Positions 26,411 through 35,950 of a DNA stretch of 64,000 nt are shown one piece after another. The translations under genes and the position numbers were made by a program. The stretch covers positions 458 to 64,457 of the forward strand of contig CAJPOL010000001.1 of the NCBI GenBank assembly GCA_905372265.1, read 5' to 3'. Position 1 is the stretch's first letter. Each line of letters begins with the position of its first letter. The stretch is from an uncultured Treponema sp. Its GTDB lineage: Bacteria; Spirochaetota; Spirochaetia; Treponematales; Treponemataceae. The notes below the pieces were generated by a model. That model was not told the origin of the DNA. It searched no databases and saw only the letters and a program-made list of their open reading frames with translations.

Positions 26411-27148
26411 CTATCTTTTAAACAGACGATAGAATACCGTAATCAGTAAAAAGAGCAGATAACGGAAAAAATAGAGTATTTTAAAGGGATTACGGATAAG
26501 CTCCGGAAAAAACTCCCACCCATGCCGGAATACGGTATCGGAAGTTCGTTTTTTTTGTTTTGCAAAAATATCAATGATATTGGGATCGTACACAAAAATA
26601 CTTCCGGGTAATTTTTCGCGGTTACGGTAAATCCAGAGCGCTTCTCCGTGAATGCCGTTGCCGATAATGACAAGCGCCGGGTGCGCTTTTGCAATGGATA
26701 AGATAATATCAGCTTCCATCGATTTACGGTAAAAGCCGTTGAATCTGCCGACTATGCCGGCGCCCGGGAAAGTACTGCGGACATTCCGTTCGGCATCTAA
26801 TAAACTGTGCGCCCGTCCGCCAAGCAAATAGAGGGATTTATAGTGAGCTGATATGACGTCCAAAATCCTGATAATCATGTCGAAAGAGTCTCTTCTGATA
26901 GGAACCGGATATTTTAAAAACCGGGCTGCCCAGAGTAAACTTTTTGAAAGGGGCAGACAGAGCGCCGCATTTTCAAGCATTGCGCGGAATTCTGCATGCC
27001 GCCGCGCTTTTAAGAGATCCCAGAGCGTGAGAAAAACGATAGGCTGCGGAGTCTGCTTCGTTAAAAGTTCCAGTACCGTTTTTTCTATATCTTCATCGGG
27101 AAGAATATCGATTGGAATACTCAATAATGGGATTCGGGTAACTGCCAT
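26411..27148 (-). CDS. WecB/TagA/CpsF-family glycosyltransferase
   Basis: LYLLGG, FPG..IVG...G(F/Y), GWEFF..L...P.K..(Y/F) pattern; divergent member. Confidence 0.75.
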   Translation of the reverse strand: MAVTRIPLLSIPIDILPDEDIEKTVLELLTKQTPQPIVFLTLWDLLKARRHAEFRAMLENAALCLPLSKSLLWAARFLKYPVPIRRDSFDMIIRILDVISAHYKSLYLLGGRAHSLLDAERNVRSTFPGAGIVGRFNGFYRKSMEADIILSIAKAHPALVIIGNGIHGEALWIYRNREKLPGSIFVYDPNIIDIFAKQKKRTSDTVFRHGWEFFPELIRNPFKILYFFRYLLFLLITVFYRLFKR

Positions 27149-27909
27149 TGGTCTGCCTCGTTTATGATGGTTTGCGCCGCTGCAACGGCATAGAGCGCGG
27201 CCGTTTCAGCCCGTAAAACATTCGTTTTAAAATGCAGGGATTGAAACCCTGCGCTGCGGAGCATATCCGTTTCCGTGCGGCTCATGCCCCCTTCCGCACC
27301 GATTGCAAGCACGATGCAAGCGGGCTTACCGGCAAGAAAGGAATGCATACTAAGGCACGGTACATCGGCGTATTCGCTGCACATACCGAATACGGTACGG
27401 CCGGAAAGCCCCTGACGGTTTAATAACTCAAGGGCGCCGGAAAGCACCAGCGGTTCCGTAATTTCAGTATCGATAGAAGATCCGGATTGCTGCCGCGCTT
27501 CCCGTATAATCCGTCGGTACCGCTCCAGCTGTGCCGGATTATGTTTTTTTGCAACGGAAAACTCCCCTGCTACCGGTATGATAAAGCGGACACCCGCCTC
27601 AGTTGCTTGCCGGATAACACCATCGGTCTTTGCTCCTTTTAAGATCCATTGCAGAAGAATAATATCCGCTGCAGGCGGCGGAATACGCTGCGGGGCAGGT
27701 TTATCCGGCGATTTTTTAAGAATAATTTCTTTCTTTTCGGAGTTAAGCGCCGCAATACTCATGACGGCTGCTCCGCTTTCCGGCAGCAGCACCGGCACGG
27801 CATCGCCTTCCCGCATACGGCGCACCTTAGCCAGATAGGTATATGCCTTGCCGCAAAGCGTCAAAACGCCGTTTGAGTCAGGCTCTTGTTCCGTGAGGAA
27901 TTGCTTCAT
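27121..27909 (-). CDS. rsmE: 16S rRNA m3U1498 methyltransferase
   Basis: VRR.REGD, QATEAGV..I.P, EARQQSG, IGAEGG, NVLRAETA. Confidence 0.9.
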   Translation of the reverse strand: MKQFLTEQEPDSNGVLTLCGKAYTYLAKVRRMREGDAVPVLLPESGAAVMSIAALNSEKKEIILKKSPDKPAPQRIPPPAADIILLQWILKGAKTDGVIRQATEAGVRFIIPVAGEFSVAKKHNPAQLERYRRIIREARQQSGSSIDTEITEPLVLSGALELLNRQGLSGRTVFGMCSEYADVPCLSMHSFLAGKPACIVLAIGAEGGMSRTETDMLRSAGFQSLHFKTNVLRAETAALYAVAAAQTIINEADQWQLPESHY

Positions 27910-27918
27910 CGATTTCAG

Positions 27919-29412
27919 CTATGCTGCTTTTTTCTCAGTCGTAGCGATATTTTTCTTCGCCGCCTGCTGCATCTCCAGCACCGTTTGAGTATGCCGCAAT
28001 AATTCCGGTAATGAGCCGCTGTTTAAAATACGGATTGCTTCCTGCAGCGGCGGATCATAGTCAACATCGGCAACCGGCATTGTGTGCGTTCTGTTGTACT
28101 CCTGCCTGATCAGAATGCGGATGAGTTCTTTTTTAAGCGAATACTCCGCCGCCAGCTTTTCCGCTTGAGCGCTTATTTCCGAGTGAGTAAGCGTTTTATG
28201 CGATTTTACAAAAGCAGCGATTTTTTCATCCTTAAAGAGTTCGGCGAGCTTCTTTTCATCCTGTTCGGTAAGCGCCGGAAACATCAAAACTTCCGTATCG
28301 GGAATAATACCCGTTTTGTCGATATTTGCATCACTCGGACTATAGTAACGTGAAATAGTAACCTTAAATGAATTTTTCTGCGTAAGCTCAAACACCTGCT
28401 GCACCGAACCTTTTCCGTAACTGGTTTCGCCGACAAGATAGGCGCGCTTATAGTCTTTTAACGCTCCCGCTAAAATTTCGGAGGCGCTTGCGGAACCCTT
28501 GTTGATAAGGATAACGAGCGGAATATCCGCGAATGCCGGTTCGATACCGGGATTCGTTTTGAATACAATATTTTGGCGCGGAATACGGGATTTTGTAGAA
28601 ACAACCGTTCCTTCTTTTATGAAAAGGCTTGCCGTATCAACCGCAGCGTTGATAAGTCCGCCCGGATTGTTCCGTAAATCCAGTACGAGTTTTGTAACGC
28701 CCTCTTTTTGTAACGCTTCCATCGCTTCTTTTAGACGGGGATAGCTGTTCGGATTAAATTCAATGAGACGGATATATCCGATACCGTTCTCCAGTTTCGT
28801 ATATTTGATAGTCGGCGTTTCGATCAAACCGCGTATCAATTTAACCGGAAATTCGATATTTTTCCCGCGTTTGATGGTAACCGTAACGGGAGAGCCGACC
28901 TTTCCGCGCAATTTTGAAACCACATCGTTTTGCGTCATCTCTGCTGTAGACTCTCCTTCTATTTCGGTGATGAAGTCTCCTGCCTGAATCCCGGCTTTCC
29001 AGCTCGGCGTATCTTCTATAGCGGAGTAGACTTCGACATAGGCAGGCTTTTCCGGTGTTGACGCAATCGGCTTACTGAAAGAAACGCCGATACCGCCGAA
29101 AGAGCCGCGCAGCGTATCCTGTAAGCCGACTCCGACAGAGCTGCCGTTGTCGATATATATGGTGTAAGGGTCTTTGAGCGCATTAACCATGCCTTCCATA
29201 GCGCCCTGATACAAAATCTCAGGATCAACTTCATCAACATAATATTGCTGTAAGGCATCGAATAGATACCGCATATACTGCATATACCGCTCTGAATCAA
29301 TGTGCGTTCTATCGGCTCTCGATTGAGCAAAAAGAGCGGGCGCAAATGACACGGACAAAAGCAGCGTAACTGAAAACAAACAAGCAAGTACCCATATTTT
29401 TCTCGGTTTCAT
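27919..29412 (-). CDS. ctpA: S41A carboxyl-terminal processing protease
   Basis: DPYT, GIG PDZ region, DLRNNPGG, SASASEILAG, YGKGSVQ. Confidence 0.93.
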   Translation of the reverse strand: MKPRKIWVLACLFSVTLLLSVSFAPALFAQSRADRTHIDSERYMQYMRYLFDALQQYYVDEVDPEILYQGAMEGMVNALKDPYTIYIDNGSSVGVGLQDTLRGSFGGIGVSFSKPIASTPEKPAYVEVYSAIEDTPSWKAGIQAGDFITEIEGESTAEMTQNDVVSKLRGKVGSPVTVTIKRGKNIEFPVKLIRGLIETPTIKYTKLENGIGYIRLIEFNPNSYPRLKEAMEALQKEGVTKLVLDLRNNPGGLINAAVDTASLFIKEGTVVSTKSRIPRQNIVFKTNPGIEPAFADIPLVILINKGSASASEILAGALKDYKRAYLVGETSYGKGSVQQVFELTQKNSFKVTISRYYSPSDANIDKTGIIPDTEVLMFPALTEQDEKKLAELFKDEKIAAFVKSHKTLTHSEISAQAEKLAAEYSLKKELIRILIRQEYNRTHTMPVADVDYDPPLQEAIRILNSGSLPELLRHTQTVLEMQQAAKKNIATTEKKAA

Positions 29413-29465
29413 ACAAAATATTTTCTATTATATTCGAAAATTGTCAAGCCTTTCGGCCAAAAAGG

Positions 29466-29496
29466 ACAGGTATTAAACATCCTCACGAATAAAAAA
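29466..29496. repeat. degenerate end fragment of repeat family A
   Basis: GACAGGTATTAAAC..C.CACGAATAAAA, similar to 8279-8310. Confidence 0.55.
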
Positions 29497-29623
29497 AGCA
29501 CGAGGCATGTACTATGCCCCCTGCGGACGCTCTGTCTTTTTTCCGTATTATATGGTATATAGTGGGCATCTCTAAAAACGGAAACTGTTAGGAGTTCTCC
29601 AAAAAAATAGGATATATGAGGTT

Positions 29624-31078
29624 ATGAAAAAACTATTTTACACAGTATGCATACTTGCCGTTCCCTGTATCATCGGGCTGCTGATATATCAGCGGATTAC
29701 TGCTGAACAGCCTCGGCAAACCATACAGAATGCTCAAACCATTATTCCCGCGCCTCCTCAAAAAAAAGAAGAAACAAAAGAAACCGATGGAGACTTTGAC
29801 TCAGAAAATGAACAATCGGTATTAACGCTGCTCAGCGATGAATCGCTTATTTCCGAGCTGCAAACCGATATGAACGGCGATGCGAAAGAAGATAAAGTCG
29901 CTGCAATAAAAAAATTGTCCGATCAATTCATTTATTTTGTCATCTTTTTCTATGATGCCGATACCAAGACATTCCGCCGCATTACGGAAATAAAAACCGG
30001 CGTTACACAGGCAAAGTCTTTGATATACGATACCTTGACTGTCTCTGAATATGCGTTTCCCGTTATTGTATACAGCGGTATGAACTCCGATAATATGCAG
30101 GTATTCAGTATCACCGCTCCCGATACTATCGTAGAAGATAATATACAGACGAAATCGCTGATCACCATTCAAGCCGACGGACAGATCACGCTCAAAAACA
30201 GCGAAGCTATTCCTGAACACACTATCGGTAATTACACGGTGTACGCCTATCATTCGGATCCTGCAGCGCCGAATACGCTTAACCAAATAGAAAAGGCATA
30301 CACATGGAATGAAAAAAAATACCTCTTTGAACAAACAGGGGAAATAAGAATTCCCGGTAAAAAGATAGAAAGTCAATTCTTAAAAAAACTGCAAACCGGT
30401 ACGGTGGATATGTTTCAAGAATTTCTTAGCGGATTATGGTATCAGCCTGCGGCAAAGGCAAATCAAAATAGGAGTCTCTTTTTTAATACCGATGAAGATG
30501 AAATTGTGTTCAGTGTGAATAGCATTCAAGAAATTTTTCCGATTGTTTCCGTTTCACCGCGCCGTTTCGGAGTATTTTTTCTGACCAAAAACAGCGCCAT
30601 CTCCAGTATCAGACGGAGGGTAGATATTGAGTTTACCGGTATTGATGAAATCGAAGTGCGTGTTGTTGATGATATAAGCCGCCTGAAAATAGGCGTTTCT
30701 TCAAATTGGAACGGTAGCTATCGGAAAATGAGCACGGCCTCATGGAATACGCAAACCGGAGGCGGTATCGAAGAAATAAAAAAGATACTGCAAGGGGATG
30801 CAAAAATATGGAAAAGTCTTGAAGGGCATACACTTTCGTTTTCGGATACAGCGTATCGTTATACGCAAGAAGAAGCGGTTGAGACGGGATGGTATACATT
30901 GTTTTCGATAAAAAATAAAATAATCTTGCAATGTAAGAATGAAAAACAATACAATACATTTTTCACTGTTACCCTCGATTCGGAAGATACAAAAAATCAA
31001 AAATTGATTTTGACAGAAGTTTCCGTTAAGCTGAATGATATTGTATTGACCGGAGCACATCCGATTGTTTATGAATGA
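29624..31078 (+). CDS. N-terminally anchored beta-rich hypothetical protein (possibly the treponemal pallilysin-related adhesin family)
   Basis: Single N-terminal TM/signal, DMNGDAKED motif; the family assignment is from memory only. Confidence 0.5.
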   Translation: MKKLFYTVCILAVPCIIGLLIYQRITAEQPRQTIQNAQTIIPAPPQKKEETKETDGDFDSENEQSVLTLLSDESLISELQTDMNGDAKEDKVAAIKKLSDQFIYFVIFFYDADTKTFRRITEIKTGVTQAKSLIYDTLTVSEYAFPVIVYSGMNSDNMQVFSITAPDTIVEDNIQTKSLITIQADGQITLKNSEAIPEHTIGNYTVYAYHSDPAAPNTLNQIEKAYTWNEKKYLFEQTGEIRIPGKKIESQFLKKLQTGTVDMFQEFLSGLWYQPAAKANQNRSLFFNTDEDEIVFSVNSIQEIFPIVSVSPRRFGVFFLTKNSAISSIRRRVDIEFTGIDEIEVRVVDDISRLKIGVSSNWNGSYRKMSTASWNTQTGGGIEEIKKILQGDAKIWKSLEGHTLSFSDTAYRYTQEEAVETGWYTLFSIKNKIILQCKNEKQYNTFFTVTLDSEDTKNQKLILTEVSVKLNDIVLTGAHPIVYE

Positions 31079-31955
31079 AAAAACTATGCAGATAACACTA
31101 CCCGATTATAATGCCCCATCGGAATTGGCCGCAGCGCTTTCAGAACACGGATTTGGAATGCAAAAGAAATTCGGACAAAATTTTCTCATCAACGGGGCTA
31201 TCCGGAAAGCGCTGGTCGATGCACTCGGTCTGTCGCCTGCGGAAACAGTGTGGGAAGTCGGGCCCGGATTGGGCGCTATGACCTCTCTTCTATTGGAACA
31301 AAAAGCGCTCCTTACCGCCTTTGAAATCGATCGCGGTTTTATCCGGCTGTTAAAAAGCTACTTCGGGACATACGGCACTTTCACATTGATAGAAGGAGAT
31401 GTCCTGAAAACATGGAAAGCGGAGTACGAAAAAAATGCCCCTACCGCCTTTTTCGGCAATTTGCCGTATAATATTGCAGCAAAATTGATTGCTGCGACGA
31501 TAGAAGAGAGCTGTCTTTTTGAGCGGATGGTGGTTACGGTGCAAAAAGAGGTTGCATTACGGATGACAGCACGCCCGGGATCCGCCGATTATTCTTCGTT
31601 TTCGGTACTCTGCCAATGGGCCTATGCGATACAGCCGATCCGCGATATTGCTCCTGCGGCGTTTTGGCCGAAACCGGCCGTGTACTCAAGAGCATTGCTA
31701 TGTAAAAAAAATGATCCGCCGCTTCCTGTCAAAAACAAAGCGCTCTTTTTCAGGCTTGTCCGCAGTTTGTTCGGCGCCCGCCGCAAAACGGTCAAGAACA
31801 ATCTGTCCGCATTTCTCGCCGCGTCCGGAAAAAAACCGCTGTCCGCAGAAATGCTGCTGAAAACAGCTCAGCTCGACCCTCATACCCGTGCGGAAACACT
31901 TGAGGTCTATGATTTTATCCGGTTATCCGATATACTGGCGGACAGTAATGAGTAA
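31071..31955 (+). CDS. rsmA: 16S rRNA m6,2A1518/1519 dimethyltransferase
   Basis: KKFGQNFL, EVGPGLGAMT, EID, GNLPYNI, QKEVA.R, RRKT..NNL, RAE.L. Confidence 0.95.
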   Translation: MNEKTMQITLPDYNAPSELAAALSEHGFGMQKKFGQNFLINGAIRKALVDALGLSPAETVWEVGPGLGAMTSLLLEQKALLTAFEIDRGFIRLLKSYFGTYGTFTLIEGDVLKTWKAEYEKNAPTAFFGNLPYNIAAKLIAATIEESCLFERMVVTVQKEVALRMTARPGSADYSSFSVLCQWAYAIQPIRDIAPAAFWPKPAVYSRALLCKKNDPPLPVKNKALFFRLVRSLFGARRKTVKNNLSAFLAASGKKPLSAEMLLKTAQLDPHTRAETLEVYDFIRLSDILADSNE

Positions 31956-32515
31956 GAAGCGATTACGTGCTATTGCAACTGTTGTATTGTCCGTTTTGTT
32001 GACTGTACAATTCCCTTTAGCTGCAGAAAGCGATGATGAAAAAAAAAAACGATGACCATACGCCGGTTCCCTATACAAAGGAAGAATTTCCGCTTTGGCA
32101 GCGGGAGTTACGCCGATTTGAAATCCTTTCTTTCGGTTCCCTGCCGTTTGTAACCCTTCTATCATTTTGGAGCTATGACATGATCCGCTCTGCGCAGCAT
32201 CCGAATGACCCCGGCTATTATCCGTGGCCGTTTAAACAAGCTGACCGGACGATTCCGCTTACGGAACGTGAACAGCTCGGCGTTTTCTTAACCTCAATGG
32301 GCATATCAATGGGGGTAGCGTTAATCGATATTATCTACCGTGCCGTTAAACGATCGGCTGAGCGGAAACGGTTGGAGCGGGAAAATGCCTTTACGGAAGA
32401 CCCTATACAATTTGTTCCCGCTGCAGAAGCGGGCAGCGCTCCTGCGGAAAAAGCGGACGCACCGGCGCCTGAATCAAGCGATCCTCTTTTGGAACATGCT
32501 GAGGCTGCTTCGTAA
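31948..32515 (+). pseudogene. hypothetical membrane/exported protein split by a frameshift in an A11 run (32039-32049)
   Basis: ATG 31948 encodes the signal peptide MSKKRLRAIATVVLSVLLTVQFPLAA and stops at 32053-32055. Removing one A fuses it to ORF 32033-32515, giving 188 aa. Confidence 0.75.
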
Positions 32516-33492
32516 TGAGCGAGCAGTTTAGGCTTGAGGTTCCCGCCGGAAACGTTCCTGTCCGACTCGATTCTTTTTGTACCGCTGCCCTTACCGCTCT
32601 GACCCGTTCGCAGCTGAAATCAGGTATTCGGGAAATAAAACGCAACGGTAAACCGGTAAAGCTGTCGCGGACGGTATATCCGGGTGACGTCATTACGATT
32701 GTATGGGAAAATCCCGTTCCCGATTCGCTTATTCCGGAGCCTATTCCGTTGGACATCCTCTTTGAAGATACCGATGTTATTACCATCAATAAACAAGCAG
32801 GAATGGTTACGCATCCTGCAGCGGGAAACTGGACGGGAACAGTGGTTCAAGCGCTGGCGCATTACCGCCTTCACGATTCACCGGTACAGGATGCATTCGC
32901 AGATACGCTCCGCAGAGAAGCAGGACTGAAAAATTTTAAAGAGCGGTTCCGCATGGGCATCGTGCACCGTCTTGATAAAGATACATCGGGCGTACTTATC
33001 ACAGCACGTAATGAACAGGCGGAATTATTCTTAAAAGAAGCATTCAAACAGAGACGGGCGGAGAAATATTATGCCGCGCTTCTTTCCGGCATACCCGAAA
33101 AAAAACACGGCGTAATTGAAACATCCCTTTTCCGCGATCCGCGTACCCGCGTAACGTTTGCCGTTTCCGCCGATCTTTCACAGGGAAAGTACGCCCGCTC
33201 AAGCTATAAAGTCATACGCACCTACGGACGCTATGCATTGACGCTCTTTAAAATCCATACCGGCAGAACTCATCAAATCAGACTTCATGCCCGCTTTATC
33301 GGCTGTCCGGTTGCAGGCGATCCTCTGTACGGAGAAAAACGGGTACAAGGAGCCGTATGCGGTTTGATGCTCCATGCCTACCGGCTTATTATCCCGTTGC
33401 CGGCTTCAAAAGAAAAAAACGTTTTTACCGCTCCGCTGCCGCGCCGTTTCCGCGATTGCATACGGCAGCTGAAACGGCAGCAAGGCGTCTAG
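32515..33492 (+). CDS. RluA-family (RluD-like) pseudouridine synthase
   Basis: S4-like N-terminus (RLD...TRSQ), INKQAGMVTHP, VHRLDKDTSG, TGRTHQIRLH, GD.LYG. Confidence 0.93.
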   Translation: MSEQFRLEVPAGNVPVRLDSFCTAALTALTRSQLKSGIREIKRNGKPVKLSRTVYPGDVITIVWENPVPDSLIPEPIPLDILFEDTDVITINKQAGMVTHPAAGNWTGTVVQALAHYRLHDSPVQDAFADTLRREAGLKNFKERFRMGIVHRLDKDTSGVLITARNEQAELFLKEAFKQRRAEKYYAALLSGIPEKKHGVIETSLFRDPRTRVTFAVSADLSQGKYARSSYKVIRTYGRYALTLFKIHTGRTHQIRLHARFIGCPVAGDPLYGEKRVQGAVCGLMLHAYRLIIPLPASKEKNVFTAPLPRRFRDCIRQLKRQQGV

Positions 33493-33495
33493 CGG

Positions 33496-34272
33496 ATGGA
33501 ATACGCTGTTCCGCCGCCGTTCGACTATACAAGACAGTCCCCGTGCGTGATACGGGAAACGCCTGCATGGGCTGTCATCTATAAACCGGCCGGTATGCCG
33601 ACAGCGCCGCTTCGTCCTGCCGAAACGGGAACGCTGGTACACTGGTTTTTGAGCAGCCGGCCGGAGACGCAGGCTGCTGCGGTGCGGGGGAAAAAAGCGA
33701 TTGAAGCGGGATTGCTGCACCGCCTCGATACGGACACGCGGGGGCTTGTCCTTTTTGCAAAGGATCAGCGCACATACGATTTTTTTTCCGCACAGCAAGA
33801 TGCCGGCGGCATCGTCAAAACCTACTATGCTTTTATTGAAAGCGGCGCAGCGGCAGCTGCCGAGCAGATTGCGCAGCAGCTGCCGTATACCCTGCAAAGT
33901 CAGTTTAGAAATTTCGGCCCGGGCGCTAAAAAGGCGGCGCCTGTTTTTCCGCACTCGCGGCATTTTACAAAAGACGGGCGTATATACACTACCGTCATTG
34001 AAGCGGTAACCGTTACAGACGGCGCTATAGGTGTCCGCTGCCGTTTACAGCGCGGCTACCGCCATCAGGTAAGAACGCACCTTGCCGCGCTCGGCCTCCC
34101 CATTGCAGGCGATCCGCTCTATGGAAGCGGAAAAGAATGCAATAGCGATACCGCCGCTCATGCGGAACACAGGCTCCAGCTGTATGCAACCGATCTTTCT
34201 CTGCCTAATCCGCAAAACCGCTTTCAGCGTATATCCGTTGCGCTTCCGCCGCCAGATAGAATGACCCTGTAA
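33496..34272 (+). CDS. second RluA-family pseudouridine synthase
   Basis: YKPAGMPT, LHRLDTDTRGL, GYRHQVRTHL, GDPLYG. Confidence 0.88.
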   Translation: MEYAVPPPFDYTRQSPCVIRETPAWAVIYKPAGMPTAPLRPAETGTLVHWFLSSRPETQAAAVRGKKAIEAGLLHRLDTDTRGLVLFAKDQRTYDFFSAQQDAGGIVKTYYAFIESGAAAAAEQIAQQLPYTLQSQFRNFGPGAKKAAPVFPHSRHFTKDGRIYTTVIEAVTVTDGAIGVRCRLQRGYRHQVRTHLAALGLPIAGDPLYGSGKECNSDTAAHAEHRLQLYATDLSLPNPQNRFQRISVALPPPDRMTL

Positions 34273-35560
34273 TAAGGAGCGGTACCGATTGGGTAATGCT
34301 TTCGCTGAACGCCGCTTTCAACACTGATTCAAAATCATCATGGGCTTCTATGGGTACCGTCCGTTCACGATCAAAAACCTGTAAAAACGTTTCAAGGATA
34401 ACCGGTAAATCGCTTTTTTTAAAGGTTCCCGGTATGGTGAGGTATATCTTTGAACATTTACCTAAAAAAACCGGTGCAATGTCCGCAACCCGTTTATCGC
34501 GGGCACAGGCAAATACTAACAGCGCTTTCCGTTTTGCCAGCGTAAAAAAAGTTTCGGCGCACGCGGCAATGCTGTTATGCGTATGCGCTCCGTCCAATAC
34601 AATGAGCGGAGTTTTCCGCAGTAGCTGAAAACGGCCGGGCAGCCATGCTGCGGAAAGCGCTGCTTCGATACGCGATTCAGGCTGCTCAGGATAGAGGTAT
34701 TTAAATGCGCAAGCGGCAAGCGCGGCATTTTCCGCCTGTACCGGCGTATACAAGGGAAGCGTTGCGGCAATCGGACGTTTGAAAAGTTTACCTACCGGAT
34801 GCTTTGAGGAAAAAGCGGCGGAAAAGGCAAGCCCGTGCGGTGTAACATGCCATTCAAGCTGTTTAACGGCCTCCTGTACCGAAAAAAACGGGGCGTTCAG
34901 CGACTCCGCTTGAGCTTTAAAGACTGCAAGCGCCGCTTCGGGTTGACGGGCGCAAAAAACGGGGATGCCGTTTTTGATGATGCCCGCTTTTTCCGCCGCG
35001 ATGAGGGCAACCGTATTTCCAAGATATTCGCAATGTTCGAGCTCAATAGGCGTAAGCAGCGTTACCGCAGGCTGCACAATATTTGTCGCATCAAGCCGCC
35101 CGCCGAGTCCGGTTTCGATAACCGCCCAGTCAAGCCGTTCTTCGCGGAACAGTACAAAGGCAGTCAGCGTTAATAATTCAAACCATGTTAAACGCGGTGC
35201 GGCGGGCTTGTTCATAAGCGCCGTTACCTGATCCTGCACTATGCGGAATGTCCGCAGGTAGGCCTCATCCGTAAAAAAACGGCCGTTTTCCGTTATCCGT
35301 TCGCGGAAGTCGTTCAGGTGAGGCGAAGTATACAGTCCGGTACGGAAACCCGCTTGGGTAAGCAGCGCCGAAAACAGCGCTGCTACGGAACCTTTACCCT
35401 TGGATCCTGCGATATGCGCCGTTTTATACGCCGTCTGAGGCCTGTCAAAAAACGCCGCATATTGAGCAATGGTTTCAAGCCCGAATGCTTTAGGGGCTTG
35501 CTGTTCAAAATTGATAAAAGTATTAAGCCATGCGTAAAATTCAGGTATATCGGTAATCAT
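34205..35560 (-). CDS. folC: bifunctional folylpolyglutamate synthase/dihydrofolate synthase
   Basis: HIAGSKGKGS, YTSPHL..FRERI, ETGLGGRLDATN, EKAGI, WLPGRFQ, LDGAH. Start moved to ATG 35560. Confidence 0.93.
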   Translation of the reverse strand: MITDIPEFYAWLNTFINFEQQAPKAFGLETIAQYAAFFDRPQTAYKTAHIAGSKGKGSVAALFSALLTQAGFRTGLYTSPHLNDFRERITENGRFFTDEAYLRTFRIVQDQVTALMNKPAAPRLTWFELLTLTAFVLFREERLDWAVIETGLGGRLDATNIVQPAVTLLTPIELEHCEYLGNTVALIAAEKAGIIKNGIPVFCARQPEAALAVFKAQAESLNAPFFSVQEAVKQLEWHVTPHGLAFSAAFSSKHPVGKLFKRPIAATLPLYTPVQAENAALAACAFKYLYPEQPESRIEAALSAAWLPGRFQLLRKTPLIVLDGAHTHNSIAACAETFFTLAKRKALLVFACARDKRVADIAPVFLGKCSKIYLTIPGTFKKSDLPVILETFLQVFDRERTVPIEAHDDFESVLKAAFSESITQSVPLLITGSFYLAAEAQRIYAESGFAD

Positions 35561-35571
35561 GATCGTCCGGC

Positions 35572-35600
35572 ATACTAGCGTTTTACCGGCGCTTTTGCAA
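35572..35600 (-). promoter_or_regulatory. putative sigma70 promoter for folC (very short leader)
   Basis: TTGCAA-17 nt-TAGTAT-11 nt-ATG. Confidence 0.5.
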
Positions 35601-35603
35601 TGC

Positions 35604-35822
35604 GGAATGAGATAAGACTTAATACGCAAACCCTTACAAAAACTCTCTGCGATCTCTGCGGGCGTTGCGGTTAATTAAAAATAAAACCGCAGAGAGCGCC
35701 AAGAACGCGGAGGGAATTGAGAAAAGGCTTAATATGCAATTCTTTACAAAAAACCTTTGCGGTCACTGCGTGCTCTGCGGTTAATTAAAAATAAAACCGC
35801 GGAGAGCGCAAAGCGCACGGAA
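35604..35822. repeat. tandem pair of ~110-bp family B repeat units between the divergent folC and metK promoters
   Basis: CTTAATA.GCAA at 35618 and 35728; each unit has TGCGGTTAATTAAAAATAAAACCGC as its core. Confidence 0.85.
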
Positions 35823-35829
35823 TACCCGC

Positions 35830-35858
35830 TTGTTTTTTTAGGTTGATACGGGTATGAT
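35830..35858 (+). promoter_or_regulatory. putative sigma70 promoter for metK-lysS
   Basis: TTGTTT-17 nt-TATGAT. Confidence 0.55.
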
Positions 35859-35950
35859 GGTGCGCATTATGCAGCGTGCAGGGTATCTAAACTTTGGTGA
35901 GCTCTTAGATAAGGACTGCAAACGCCGGATATAGTAAGGAGAAGAGTATT

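Noticed and set aside
35604..35822. CRISPR array
   Set aside because: Only two diverged 110-bp units with similar rather than unique intervening sequence, and no cas genes. The heptamer tract at 56578 has no spacers either.
35860..35950. Canonical SAM-I or SMK riboswitch
   Set aside because: The conserved core motifs were not found; kept only as an unclassified structured leader.
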